Below, piece after piece: positions 1 through 14,579 of a stretch of DNA of 64,000 nucleotides; positions within the stretch are counted from its first letter, which is position 1; the number at the start of each line of letters is the position of its first letter. This stretch comes from Pelomyxa schiedti (taxonomy: Eukaryota > Protista > Evosea). The DNA lies in NCBI GenBank assembly GCA_020536535.1, contig JAHLWZ010000867.1:4004-68003 (forward strand). Direction: 5' to 3'. Made by a program: the position numbers and the translations under genes. The notes below the pieces were generated by a model. It worked only from the letters and a program-made list of their open reading frames with translations. It was not told the DNA's origin and ran no database searches.

Positions 1-1569
1 AGTTGGTGACGTCGATGTGGAACCAGAAACTGGCACCCCGAGGGGAAGTGAACAGCAGACGGCCGATACAGAACATCTGCGTCAAAAACCTGCTGAAATC
101 TCGCTTGTAAACTCTCCAGGTCTGTTGCCTTTTCAAAATGAAACCGAGCCAACAAACAATTAACACAAGTTCCCCCGGAGCTGTGCGATTCTGATGAATC
201 GCAGCTCATCACAATACCTCCTGTGGGCATAAGAGGAGAAGAGTACGTCAGTCTTTTTCGCTGATTCCCTTTTTTGACTTACTGCAGTGCCGATACATTT
301 GCCTCGGAGACAAATTTTTGTTTGAGACAGCTGGCCAAGTTGTATTCAGACAAACACACTAGGGAAGAATACTACGCATCAGATGCATGTACAACCATTC
401 TTAGGGTATATCCCCTTCATAGATTTTGAGCATTACCATTGTACAGGGGATATTTCACTCTCAAGTTATTATGCACCTGCCAATCAAGAGGGTACACTCA
501 CCCTGTAACTTTACCAGCTGTTGTAAACTAAGGCGTCTTCCTCCATATTTGACTCAAAAACCGCAACATTTCGATCAAACTACAAACACCTCTCCTCCAC
601 CCCAACGCTATACAAGAGATGTGGGAACTCAATGGCAAAGACAAAGAAATCCTCCAAAGAATCCTCCAATAAGCCATGCAAACAGTAATAACAGTCATCC
701 AGGAGATACTACTTCAAAACAGACGGACAGCAATACAAGTTTGTCAGAATCTTCGTGTTCACAACCTTCAGAAAACTTTCATACTGGGTTTCCCAAGTCA
801 TCACCCCAAGTAATCACACAGCACTCTTCACAGGGAGACAACTACAATGCCGAGACATTTAGTCAACCGAGTTCCGTCCATCACCCAGTACTACAGACCT
901 TAACAACACAAACTACCACTACCATAACAACGGTAACATCACACGCCAACATACCTGATCCTTCTTCGGCTTCTTTATGGCCATCGTTTTCTATCAGCCA
1001 GAATTACTTTGAGTCACAAACCAATTCAGGAACATGTGATAAGGAGGTACCACAGGGCATGCCAATTCCCCAAAGTCCAACAAAACATAATTCCGCTTAT
1101 AATGAGAGTCTCTGCAGTCAGTCAAATGACTCACAGTCAAGTCAGACAATATCCACTCTAGTTGGAACAAAATCTAACTCTCTGGAAATGTGCGTAGCCA
1201 CAACAACGTTTTGCATGCTTATCCTTTTCATTGACAGGTATGAAAAACTCTATGGAAGGTTACATGGGTTGAAACACTTTGATGCATGTCTTATCCAGAG
1301 ACTTTTTACAGTAAACGAAATTTTTCTTGTAGACTCACCCCATCACCATTTCTTTTTTTGTTCACACTTGCCATGCAGCTTATCACAATGAATGGCGGTC
1401 AAGTTTCACCCAAGGTCTGTAGTAACTTCTCACTTTCCCTTTTGACCTCCTTCTGCAGTCCACCAAAAGTGCCTTGACCAACAAACTGCTCGCTTTCATT
1501 GCACTGCGACCCCTTATACAGCCGGCTGTACTCCGCTCACAGCGTTCTGGCAGCAACAGCCAAAGTTGA
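1..1569 (+). CDS. 5'-truncated multi-exon hypothetical protein with a long S/T/Q/P-rich low-complexity middle
   Basis: Open exons separated by short GT-AG introns (e.g. ~120-169). ORF 426-1391 covers the low-complexity exon. The putative last exon reads STKSALTNKLLAFIALRPLIQ...NSQS* with stop near 1569. No recognisable domain. Confidence 0.5.
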
Positions 1570-1754
1570 TTTCTACTGCTCAACGCTGACCCACACAGGC
1601 AGGGCTGTTTTGGTTATTTCTTGATCTGGCTTTATATGCACAACATCCCTTTTTATCAAATACCTGCACTCCGCACTTTCTTGTGCCCCAAAACAAAATT
1701 CCACCGGTTCCTTCCTGGAACGTCGGGAAGCACAAGAACAAAAAAAAAACCACC

Positions 1755-2263
1755 ATGTACAGCAACCACCAGGCCCACCACGGGCCACACATAGCCACGA
1801 CATCAGCAACTACAACCCTGCTGTTCATTGCAGTCTGCTTCTGCACCGCCGTTTCCTGCTCCCTCACGACACAGCCAGCAGGCGCAGGTCACGGGCACCA
1901 CCCCCTCTCGTCGCCCCCCATCAACGCCAGCAGCATCAACGTGACGGCGTGCGCGGCGTCGGCGCCGTCGTGCGACCCGGCGGGGCTCGGCGACGAGTCG
2001 TGCGCGGCGGCGTGCAACACGACCGAGTGCGGGTACGACGGCGGCGACTGCGTGTGGTGCGCGGCCTACTGCTGCGTGTCGGCGGTCGGCGACGCGTTCT
2101 GCGACCCGCCGTGCGACGTGGGGGAGTGCTGGTGGGACGGCGGCGACTGCGACACGTGCGCCCCGGGGTGCTACCTCTACCTCCTCGCCGACGGCGTGTG
2201 CGACTCGGCCTGCAACGTGGCCGCATGCGACTACGACGGAGGCGATTGCGCCGACTGTGTGTA

Positions 2264-2350
<87 letters not shown>

Positions 2351-4403
2351 AACATTACGGCACAGCACATCACATTTGTAGACAATGTAAATGTAAGTGT
2401 GAGGGAGTTGTTGTGATTTGCGTTGCCGTACTGCATTGAAATAAGTTGGGGATATTGTTGTCTGTATCTCTAGTGACTTTCTCTCTCTCTAACTTGTAGA
2501 AAGATTGCGCATCTGGGTGCCTACTCTCACATGTGGGAGATGGTGTGTGCGACAAGGCTTGTCTCAATCCTTCCTGCAATTTTGATGGGGGCGACTGCTC
2601 AGGTTTTCTAACCTCAAATGGAGCTAGTCAACTCACCATTGGGTCTCCCCTTCCTCCCTCGCTACAGCTTCGTCCTCTGAAAGTGCGTAACTTGTTGCCA
2701 TCTTGAGCCACATCTGGGTATAATGCTTATTCACTCTTCACAGAAGCGGCCTTGACTGCTATTTATGACGATATGGGGGGTTTAGACTGGCGGAATCAAC
2801 TCAATTGGATGTCCACATCCGTCGTGTGCACTTGGTATGGAGTTCAGTGCTTAGGACATGCAGTCAATTCCCTGTAAGCTCTCCTTCATTTCGAAATGCT
2901 TTTAACAAGCATACAGGGACCTCACACAGAATAGAGTTTCTGGTCAGTTCTCTAAAGCTTTTCTAAACTTCACTTACATACGAGTAATGTACACAATTAA
3001 ATACTTTGAGACTATGTAAACCTATTGCGAACAGACTCCTTCCTGATAATGACATATCTGGCCCTATTGAAATTCCTACTTCCGTTCAGAGCTTGGATCT
3101 TTCCAGCAATGTTATAGCTGGTGCCATCCCAAACTCCATTTGTTTGGCTGGTTATCTCAGTGACCTCTCTCTAGCTGATAATAAGCTTACTAGGTTTGTT
3201 CCTGCCCTTATATTCTAGAAGAGTGATCGCATTCCATGTAGCATCCCCGAGTGCTTGGGGAAGCTTCGTTTTCTTGGCATATTAGATGTGTCACAGAACA
3301 ATATCAGTATGGGAATGCCCTCGTGGTTGGAAGGCACGATTGTAAATACACTATCTCTCTCTGATAACCCTGTATCTGGCGCACTTTCCGATGTTGATTG
3401 GAGTACCATGACCTCATTGCGATCTCTTTCTCTGGCAAACACTTTGATAACTCCAGATGTTTCTCTGACCAAGTGGCCCAATGTTTGGATTCGTTTTTAC
3501 CTTTCGATTAGCTCACAACCACCTTAAGACTTTATCAGTGCTCGACCTCAGTGGTAGTAACATCAGCATGAATTTCAACGATCTTCTAGATTCTCTTCCC
3601 TCAAGCATTCAAGAACTCTGTATGTCTCTGCTGTTCTCAACCATGCACGCCTAATTGCACTTTAGATTTAAGGAAGACAAATGTTTCGGGGGAAATAACC
3701 GCAGCTACCGTGAGTGGACTCCAAAGCATTCCAACACTGGATTTATATGGAAACCTTTTGACAGGGGCAATACCTCCAGACCTTGGGGGTATTGCCTTTG
3801 AGTACCTCGATCTAAGCTACAACTCCCTAACCGGAATTGGTGAGAAGACTCCTAATTTGCGGCAGGGTTAACCTCATCACAGTTCCAAATTTGACAGTGT
3901 CAACATATTTGGGGCTTCAAGGAAACCACTTTGATTGTCCCCTTCCTAAACTCGAAGGTAAAACCCAAGATTTCTTATTGTGTGTCTTACCATGGCTGCA
4001 GAGGAATGGATGAACCCCGTGGTTTGCTATTGTACAGAGGGGTGGGGAACAAGCTCTAAATATGAGTACTGCTCCAAATGTCCCGCTGGGACTTACTCGT
4101 ATCAGAGTGCATGTCTCGACTGCCCAGAAGATTTGTAATTCCTCGCTTTCTCCTCTTGTTTCTCTCACGTGTTCAAAACACAGCATAAGTGCGGAAGGAA
4201 GCACAGAATGCACCCACTGTCCAACACTCAAGTCATCCACAAACCACATTGAGTGCACTGGCATTGGGGTGGTGGGAGTTTCAGTGATTGTACTTGTAGG
4301 AGTTGCCCTTATGGTCGCAGTAATAGTCAGTGCGGGGTGCATCTACACCCATTTGAAAGTCAAAGCGGTGACAGAGAACCTCGTGCCCCTCATTAACGAG
4401 TGA
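1755..4403 (+). CDS. Single-pass membrane protein: signal peptide, LNR (Lin-12/Notch) repeats, plant-type LRR N-cap, LRRs, Cys-rich (GCC2/GCC3-like) repeats, TM helix, short tail
   Basis: Hydrophobic N-terminus TTLLFIAVCFCTAVS. LNR-like units: CAPGCYLYLLADGVCDSACNVAACDYDGGDC and CASGCLLSHVGDGVCDKACLNPSCNFDGGDC. N-cap: ALTAIYDDMGGLDWRNQLNW...CTWYGVQC. LRRs: SLDLSSNVIAGAIP, LDLYGNLLTGAIP. Cys-rich: CSKCPAGTYS. TM: GIGVVGVSVIVLVGVALMVAVIV. Multi-intron. Confidence 0.8.
2266..2348. repeat. (CT)n microsatellite in an intron of the LNR-LRR gene
   Basis: Uninterrupted tc/ct dinucleotide run of about 83 bp, seen directly. Confidence 0.97.
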
Positions 4404-4584
4404 GGGGTGTTTGTTTGTATGTTATGACAAACTAAGCTAACAAATTTACATAACCGAAACAAATTGACATGCCGGGGTTTTACAACACGATCAAAAGGCG
4501 AGACACATCACCGGCTTCCAAGTATTTACTTTTGTTTTACAACATAACATAAAAGCCAAAAAAAAACCAACAAACAAACGGGTG

Positions 4585-7536
4585 ATGAACGATCCGAACG
4601 ACGAAGGGGTTGAGGGGGGTGGTAATGAGCCAGATCTGACGCAACAAGCACAGGCACCACCTCCGCCTCCGCCAAGACATGGAGGACACCATAAGGGAAA
4701 ATCCAAGCACGGTGGCGGTTCCTCTCACTCGTCGACGCACCACAGCAGCGGCGGCAGCGCGAAAAAGCCTTCTTCGGCGTCGTCTTCGTCACACCATCAC
4801 CACAACAACGACAAGCCGCTGCCGCAGCCGCCGGGGGCGACGCCGCCGGCGTCCACCCCGCCTCCAGTCCCACCAGCGCGCGAAGTGGTGGCCGTAGTGG
4901 ATGATGGAGGAGAGCAGGAAGAAGAAGTCGAGAACCCTGAGGGCGAGCAGGAGCTGCAAGAAGAAGAAGCCGAACCAGAACCGGAGGAGGCCGACGAAGA
5001 AAAAGAGGAGACGGCGGAAGGCGAGCCGGAGGGTTTGGTATCGAATCCCTCAGACCCCAACATGGTGGCACCTACAGCCACTGCCACTGCCACTGCCACT
5101 GGCAGTGCCCCAAAGGCTCATCACTCGTCATCGCGACATCATGGGGATAAGAAAGCCAAGGGTTCTGATAAGTCAGCTGACAAAAAAGACACTGCTAAGA
5201 AGAGCAGTTCAAAGAAAGATGGAAGCACACGGAAGGGTGCTGATAAAAAAGATGGCACGGGGGACAAGAAGGATGGTACAGTGGACAAGAAAGAGGGGGA
5301 CAAAAAGGAGGGACACTCGTCAGCACACCATTCTTCTCATCACAAAGAAAAAGCAAAAGAAAAGACCTCTGCAGATCCGACCAATGCAGGGGCACTTCCT
5401 ACAGGAAGTCTAAGCACAAAAGCTGACAGTTCCACTGGAGAGGTTAAACCACACAAAACCACTCACCACCACGATCACGGAACAGCCCATGACCACGGCC
5501 CATCCCACGGTCACCACTCTTCAGCTGCGAAATCTTCTGCTGCATCCCCTGGCAACCCTCTTCCAGCAACCCCACCTAGGTTACCCACTGTCCCATGTAC
5601 AAATCCGGATGAAGCCGCAGACGAAGAGACGAAAATAGAGGCGCAAGATGAACAACCAGGATCAGAAAATGAAGATCACACTACCCCGGTTGTTGATACC
5701 CAAACTGCAGTTGATTCAGATAACGAACCTGATGCACCGGACTATGATGCTCCCACGTTTCCGGATGATGAAGATACTCCTGACAAGGAAGAACCAACTG
5801 CTTCACCTGCACAGGTAACACCAGTGAGTGGAATTCCGTTTTCCACCATGCCTACTACAACAAGTAAACCTGCTGGTAAAGATGAGCTTCCCGAAGGGGT
5901 AATCCTCTTCAAATTATTTCTTCATATTTAACCGTTACAACCAGTTCAAATTCTGTGGGTGGTTAAAAAAGCAAGCAAGTACTGGCGGTTTCTGGCAAAA
6001 GAGGTGGTTTGTTTTGAAGGATTTTACAAAAGAGTGCATTCTCCAATACTTCAAGTCCAAAACAGTGTGCCACTTTACGTTTTTAACATTGAGGAAATAC
6101 CTTGTAACGCACAAAGGACAAAGAAGCTGCGTATGAGATTGACCTTGCTCAGTATTCTACTGCGGTTAAAGCAACTGATGGAGGCAAACAGCATTGCTTC
6201 AAAATATTTAATGCAAATGACCTAAGTATGAGGCCATACTTCTTGCTTGCTGAGAATGAAGACCAACTAAATAAGTGGCTTTCGCAGTTGAAGGAAGTTT
6301 TTGATGTATGTGTGCTCGAAGTTATTCCTAATTGCTTACTTTGTTTAGTCCGATATTCACAAAAAGCTGCATGTAAAATTCCAACATATGAGAGGAAATG
6401 TGGCCATTGACGGCCCAATGGTATCTTCTCTTTTCCCTTTCTCTTGATTTAAGGCTTTTTTTTTTTTCTTGACTGTTTTGTTCCTAATTACCTTCAAGGA
6501 AGGTTCCAATACTGGAAATGATAAGGAATTTCTGGTATCAGGCTGGCTAATCAAACTTGGCGGAGCCAAAGGTGGTGCTAAAAATTGGAAAAAACGATGG
6601 TTCTGCAATACCGCAGAAGATGTATGGACTAAACCACCGTTTTTTTCCCTCTAATTAACTCACCACCCCAGCTGTTTACACTGTCTTACCACACATCCCC
6701 AAATGCTACAAAGAAGACATTGAAGGCACTATAAACTTAATGCTATTAATTGTACCTTACAAGCAAGTAGGGAACAATAGATTTAAGAGAAGTGGAAGGC
6801 CAAGTTCAGGTTGCCAAAAATCCAGGGAAAATCAACCTAACGTTGGTGACACCAACACGTGAGTGGACCATGGTTGCAGAGGGGGAAACCTCTATTGAAT
6901 ACTGGCCTCCCAAGTTGTAGCTGAATATTTTTTCTACCCACTAAACGTCTGCAGATTGAATCGTTTACTCGATCTTCTTAAGGAGAGGCGTGGAGTGGCT
7001 ATAACTAGTACAAAACCCTCCGGATTCCCGACTGGGTCACCCATTGCCACTGTGCCTCTATACACTTCCCCCGTTGTAACTACAACCACTGCCCTGCCCA
7101 CATCTCCACTTACAACAAAGTCACCTGCCACATCTGCCCCACCCTCTTCCACACCGGCATCCATTGCCAATGACGGATGGAAAGAGTGTGTTGACGCCAC
7201 AACTGGCCGCAAGTACTATTGGAATAAACTGACCCGAGTCACGCAGTGGCACCCACCCCCATGCTTTGCCAAACCAGGAGAGGTTGCAGAAGAGGAGAAA
7301 AGTGACTCTGCATCTGGTACCGAGTCAGACTCCGGTGATGATAACTGTGATGAATCAACGGTACATACCCTTCCCAATCCAACATAAAACGCCGCACCCC
7401 AAATGCATACAATAACACTAATGGGGAAAAGCCTCTGGCACCAGGGTGGAAAGAAGTGTGTGACTCGACTGGAAGGAAGTACTATTACAATCCATCCACT
7501 AAAGTGACTCAATGGAAAAGACCCACAGCCTCCTAG
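4585..7536 (+). CDS. Protein with a long disordered N-terminus, two PH domains and two WW domains
   Basis: PH1: FCGWLKKQASTGGFWQKRWFVLK...RPYFLLAENEDQLNKWLSQLK. PH2: VSGWLIKLGGAKGGAKNWKKRWF...KGTIDL. WW1: GWKECVDATTGRKYYWNKLTRVTQWHPP. WW2: PGWKEVCDSTGRKYYYNPSTKVTQWKRP. Confidence 0.85.
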
Positions 7537-7695
7537 AAACCCCACTGTGATGTGATAACTGTAAACAATTTTGAGACACAATTTCTTCCTCAAACCACCG
7601 AAACACAACACAGAAGGATGCATCCTGCCCAATAGAACCTTTAGAAAAAAGAAAATAGAAATTTTGAAAGACGAAAAAGCAAAAAAAAAAAAACG

Positions 7696-9853
<2,158 letters not shown>

Positions 9854-9932
9854 GAGGTTCACAAAAAAAAAAAATCAAAAGAGTCTTTTTACAACAAGTA
9901 ACACAATTTGATTGTTTGCTGCGCAACAACCC

Positions 9933-10745
9933 TCACAAGTACCAAAGGCAGAAGCATGTACTAAAAAGCACCCAGAAGCAAACCCCAAAAAATACTCCCG
10001 CGCCAAGTAGGCCTTTTGCTTTCTTTGTTGACTGCCGTGCTGCATTGTAATCTGTGCAAGTATAAGAATGTAGGATTTGTATTTTCGGAAAAAAAAATCA
10101 TTCATACCATTCCGTAATTTGTGATTTTTACTGTCGTTTGTGTAGTATAAACCCAGGATACCCAACGGCAGACAACAACAGAGCATTACAAAGATCTGTT
10201 TGGTTGTCAGTGAACAGTATACAAACAACTTTCGGGAGTTTTACCCCCAAAACAGTGTAGTCAGGAATATCCTCTACCCTAAACAACAAAAACCAGAGTC
10301 AGTTTGACAGAAGGATATCCCCCCGTCCCTAAGAGATATACAAGGTACACAAGGGGAAAAAAAACCCCCAAACCCCACCGCACCTCTCAATCTCGCGAGG
10401 AGGAGCTCTAGGGGTCAACACATCAACAATAAACGGGGGAGGGGGCGCCGGGTAGCCCAGCCCTGTGGCCGCCCCCTCCGGCCCCGCCCAGCCCTCGTAG
10501 TACACGAGCGGCGGGGGGTCCCTCGGCGCCTCGTACGTGGTGGTGTAAGTCGAGGCCGCAGGGGCCGCCCCCATGCCCCCCGCTCCCGCTCCCACTCCCA
10601 CTCCCACTCCTACTGCCCCCACCGCCGGCCCCACGGGCACAACCACGTACGAGGCTGCTCCTGCCGTGCTGCCGCTGTTGAGGTCGGTGTTCTCGACCGC
10701 ATCGGGGTACATCTGTACCAGGGGCACAGAGTCTTCGTCCGACAT
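9933..10745 (-). CDS. CD225/dispanin (IFITM/PRRT-like) family membrane protein with a Pro-rich N-terminus
   Basis: Spliced C-terminus IPDYTVLGIFVMLCCCLPLGILGLYYTNDSKNHKLRNDYNAARQSTKKAKGLLGAGVFFGVCFWVLF matches the CD225 consensus (PDY...CC.LPLG...DY..A...S.KAK). Confidence 0.8.
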
Positions 10746-10857
10746 CCGCAACGGGCCGAAAAACGCAACGAACAGTTAAGATTTATTGGTTGTGATTCCT
10801 TCTGCTAATATCCTGTTGTGAACGGTGATGCGCGACAGCACAGCGTCATCATTTGTC

Positions 10858-12399
10858 TTAGAACGCGCCCGGAAACAAAAAGGGCACGAGGGTGGGATAA
10901 ATGTCGGGCCAGAAAACATCACCACTGACGGAGAGGTACTGCAACCTGGCTTGTGCACTCAAGACCCCGAGTGATGCTGCCCTGCGGTAAATTGCAAACG
11001 CCCTGGATGCATCCTTTTCAACCCCAGCTTGCGGGTCTCCCAGTTCATATGCTTTGGCCATAAATATGAGAACGGCCGCTCTTCCATTGTCATAAAGCTT
11101 GTTGTAATATGCCTCTGCTTTGGCCAAGTCCTTTGGAACGCCTTCACCATATTCATAGCACATCGCAACATAAGCCGCAGCGGTGAGTTGCCCTGCTTCA
11201 TCAGCCCTCTTGAAATATGAAAAGGCCAGCTCAGGGTCTTTGTCAACCAATTTCCCGAACTTTGTCAACAGTCCAAGGCTCTCCAATCCCCCAGGTGAAC
11301 CCCTCTCTGCTGCGTTCTTGATCTCAACGACTCTCTCGCGGTAGCAGGAATCGTCGGGCATTTCTTGGCGATTCATGTGAGCAAGATCACTCTTCGCTTC
11401 CAAATCTCCCGCGTCAGCAGCTTTCTGAAGCAATTCAACACCTTTGGCTGGGTCTTTGGGAACTCTGAAACCATTTAAGAAGCGGTTTCCCAGTTCGTAC
11501 ATTGCTGGTGGATATCCTCCCTTTGCAGAACACTCCAGCAGAGACTGTGCCTTCTTCATATCCAGCGGGACATCCTCACCAAGTTCATGCATGTGGGACA
11601 GTGTCAACATCGAACTCAGCTCTCCTGAGGCTGCTGCTTGTTGGAACAGTTCAACTGCTTTTCTGACGTCTTTCTTCACACCATCCCCACGCAGATAATG
11701 GTTGGCCAAAATTACCATTGCCTTGAGACTCCCGACATCTGCAGCCTCCTGATACATAATCAATGCCTTTGCCACGTCCTTTGGCACAACAATCCCATCC
11801 AGGTAAAACTTGGCAAGCTCGCACTTTGACACAGCATATCCATTGTTGACAGCCTTCTCAAACAATTGGAACGCCTTTTGCAAGTCTTTGGCAACTCCCA
11901 TCCCCCGTTGAAAACAGCGACCAAGTGCATGAAGTGCCTCGAGTTTTCCAGCAGCAGCAGCCTTTTCAAGAAGAGGAACAGCTTTTGTTGGGTCTCGTGC
12001 AACACCAACACCATCCCAGAGGCACCCTGCGAGATTGTATGCGGCGCCAACGTGATCGCGAGCAGCGGCGCTCTCAAAACACTTGAAAGCAGCAGCGGGA
12101 TCCTTTTTCACGCCTTGTCCATCTCGATACATCACGCCGATTGTGTTGAGGGAGTCAACGTCACCCAAGTCAGAAGCCATCTTGAAGTATTTGAACGCCC
12201 TTGCGTGATCGACGGCGACGCCCCATCCCTTGTGCAGGTACGTGCCCATCTTCTTCATCGCGCTGACGTTGCCAGATTCAGCCTCCGCGATGATCGGTGA
12301 CAGATCGGGTCTGCGTTTTGACTCGTCACCGCTGTTGTTGTTTCGGCTCGTTGTTGAGGCCAAGGTAAAGTCGACACTGTTTGTTTTCCTTCCGCTCAT
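10858..12399 (-). CDS. Intronless Sel1-repeat (SLR) protein, copy A
   Basis: 513-aa ORF of ~36-aa repeats such as SLNTIGVMYRDGQGVKKDPAAAFKCFESAA and AMVILANHYLRGDGVKKDVRKAVELFQQAA. Confidence 0.93.
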   Translation of the reverse strand: MSGRKTNSVDFTLASTTSRNNNSGDESKRRPDLSPIIAEAESGNVSAMKKMGTYLHKGWGVAVDHARAFKYFKMASDLGDVDSLNTIGVMYRDGQGVKKDPAAAFKCFESAAARDHVGAAYNLAGCLWDGVGVARDPTKAVPLLEKAAAAGKLEALHALGRCFQRGMGVAKDLQKAFQLFEKAVNNGYAVSKCELAKFYLDGIVVPKDVAKALIMYQEAADVGSLKAMVILANHYLRGDGVKKDVRKAVELFQQAAASGELSSMLTLSHMHELGEDVPLDMKKAQSLLECSAKGGYPPAMYELGNRFLNGFRVPKDPAKGVELLQKAADAGDLEAKSDLAHMNRQEMPDDSCYRERVVEIKNAAERGSPGGLESLGLLTKFGKLVDKDPELAFSYFKRADEAGQLTAAAYVAMCYEYGEGVPKDLAKAEAYYNKLYDNGRAAVLIFMAKAYELGDPQAGVEKDASRAFAIYRRAASLGVLSAQARLQYLSVSGDVFWPDIYPTLVPFLFPGAF

Positions 12400-12531
12400 C
12401 TTTTCCTGTGGTTATTTATCGATAAGAAGATTATTGTGACGGCACACACTCTCGAGATCCGCACGCGAGTGTCTTGACGATGATAGTTTGGAATAAAAAA
12501 AAAAATACTGTGACAGATGACATTACTAAAA
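10871..12531. repeat. Dispersed direct duplication, copy A (Sel1 gene plus ~130 bp upstream); partner at ~31227-32924
   Basis: Near-identical sequence by direct comparison. Similarity starts at ggaaacaaaaaggg and ends at gaca(t/c)tactaaaaa. Confidence 0.92.
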
Positions 12532-12707
12532 AAAAATTACACCAAAAATAAAGATTTGGGGATGTTGATTGACGGCCTGCGTTTCTTCTGCACGAAAGCA
12601 AACTACAAAGCAACTTTCTCAATTGGCACCTCAGAGAATGTGGCAGTAAAAGGAAGATAAAACATTAAACAATTTCTCTTTGTTACCGCAAACAGGGGTG
12701 AAAGTAC

Positions 12708-14310
12708 CTATGTCTTCTTGGAGAAGAAAGAGGAAAGTTGGGCTTGTGCGAGTTGTTTGGGCTTGGTTGTTGGCTGTGGTTCTCGGTGCGTTGGTTGTGG
12801 TCTAGGTGGGGGGACTTTGGTAGGTGCTGCTGAGGCTGCCGGTTGTTGTTGCTGCTGTTGTGCCGGTGCCGGCCGCGGAGCGGGCTTCTTTTGACTCACT
12901 GCATGTTTTGTTACATTTTGGGGAAATGGGAATCGCTTAGTTGTTTTGGGAGAGTGACGAAATTACCCCAGTATCCAGAGTTGTCCGTTTTGGCGGCTTG
13001 TCCGGGCTCTTCTTTTGCTGCCGCAGTTTCCACTGGTACTTCGGCGGGGACAATATCAACATCACCTTCTTTGTGCTCCTCGTTATCACTACCGCTTCCA
13101 CTTCCACTTCCACTTCCACTCCCCTTGCTCGAACCACTGACATCTGCATCACTGTCTGAGTCACTGCTATCACTTATGGCAGGAATCACAAGGGGAGCGC
13201 CTGTAGAGTTTGTCATCGAAATTGTAATGACCCATAGCCAATACCTCCGCCATGGCACAACCGCTTCCGAGTTGGAGTGGAAGCAGTCTCTGAATTTTGC
13301 TGGTGTGCCGGTTCGCTAGTTTGGGGTTGCGGGATAGGCTTTGGTTTGGCCATCATTTTGGATTGATTCTCCAAATGCTCTTTCATGGAAACAGGACCGA
13401 AGCCAAAGGATGTGAGCGACATTGCTGAGGTTGCCGTGTTGTCTTTCTTTGAGTTCTTGGCAGGCTTTCGTTTGGACTTTGCTTGTGGTTGAGGTTGGTT
13501 CATATGGGAATCTGTAGTGTGTGACACATGAGACTCAGTTGTATGGGACTCGGTAGTATGTGCCTCTCTTTGAGGCGGAGATGATGGTTCTGGTTCTTGT
13601 TTTCTTGCAGGTATCTTTGCTGGTGGCACTACATGCGCCTGCTGGTTATCAACTGAGGGAAGAGGGTGCGGAATTGGTTTTCTTTCAACTGTAGTGCAGC
13701 CCTCAAACCTTATTGCACTCCATCTAAAAGTGTGAAACCATTGAAACTAGGTGATTTGACTTCGTGATCAAAGAAGCCCAACCTTGTAAGCATAAGCTCA
13801 TTTGGTACGAGAGTTGCACCAGAGTTCAAGTGTTCCTCGTAAAGGCATTGTCTATTGCTCCGTTCACTGTTGTGTAAAGTGCACTGGAGTTCTTGCAACG
13901 CCGCTTCCTGTACAGAATAGACATGCTTTCCATTGAAAGAGGCAAGGTTGCGCTTTGTATCTAAACCAGTAACGGGTGAATGTGCCGCCATACTGAAAGG
14001 GTGTCACCTTCCAGTCTAGTATCAGGCACAAGGCATATGACATTGCGCTGCTGTAAGTCCTTCCCAGAAACCACATACGTGCATTTCACATTATTTCCCA
14101 AACTTTCCACCACTTCTTCCAGTACACTGCCACTACCAGTCAAAACGTAATAATAATAATAGGGGAAAAAATAAAACAGGTAACGCACAGTTTTGCGTCG
14201 TTTGCGGAAATTGACCTCTGGCATGCCAACCACGAGAACGTCACTATTTTGTGCTGAGAGCACACCAAGTCCCTAACGAACTCAACGTGACCCCGGAGAT
14301 CCTCACTCAT
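12708..14310 (-). CDS. POLD3: DNA polymerase delta subunit 3 (Cdc27/Pol32/p66 family)
   Basis: N-terminal winged-helix-like HKIVTFSWLACQRSISANDAK...TYVVSG and HVYSVQ, a long disordered middle, and a C-terminal PCNA-binding PIP box QAQLSSFFSKK. Confidence 0.8.
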
Positions 14311-14579
14311 TCTCGCGTCGTTTACGCAATACAAAGCTAGCAATCAAGATCCACACCCATCAGATCTCAACTCCGGCCAAATGACCGGCTATTTTCCTTG
14401 GTGAATAGCGGGCAAGAGGTACGGATGACCATTCCACACCTCTGGAGCCTCAGGCTCTTGAAGTGATCTGCCGGAAGCTGATCAAAAACCAAACTTGGTT
14501 TTTTGGCCTTGTCACCTTTTGGTACGGCGAACGAGATCTCGTTTTCATTTCGACAAACAACAACACAGAGGTGTGGGCA

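Noticed and set aside
1936-2439. ORFs with poly-(ER) or poly-(SL) tracts
   Set aside because: These are translations of the intronic (CT)n microsatellite and GC-rich shadow frames.
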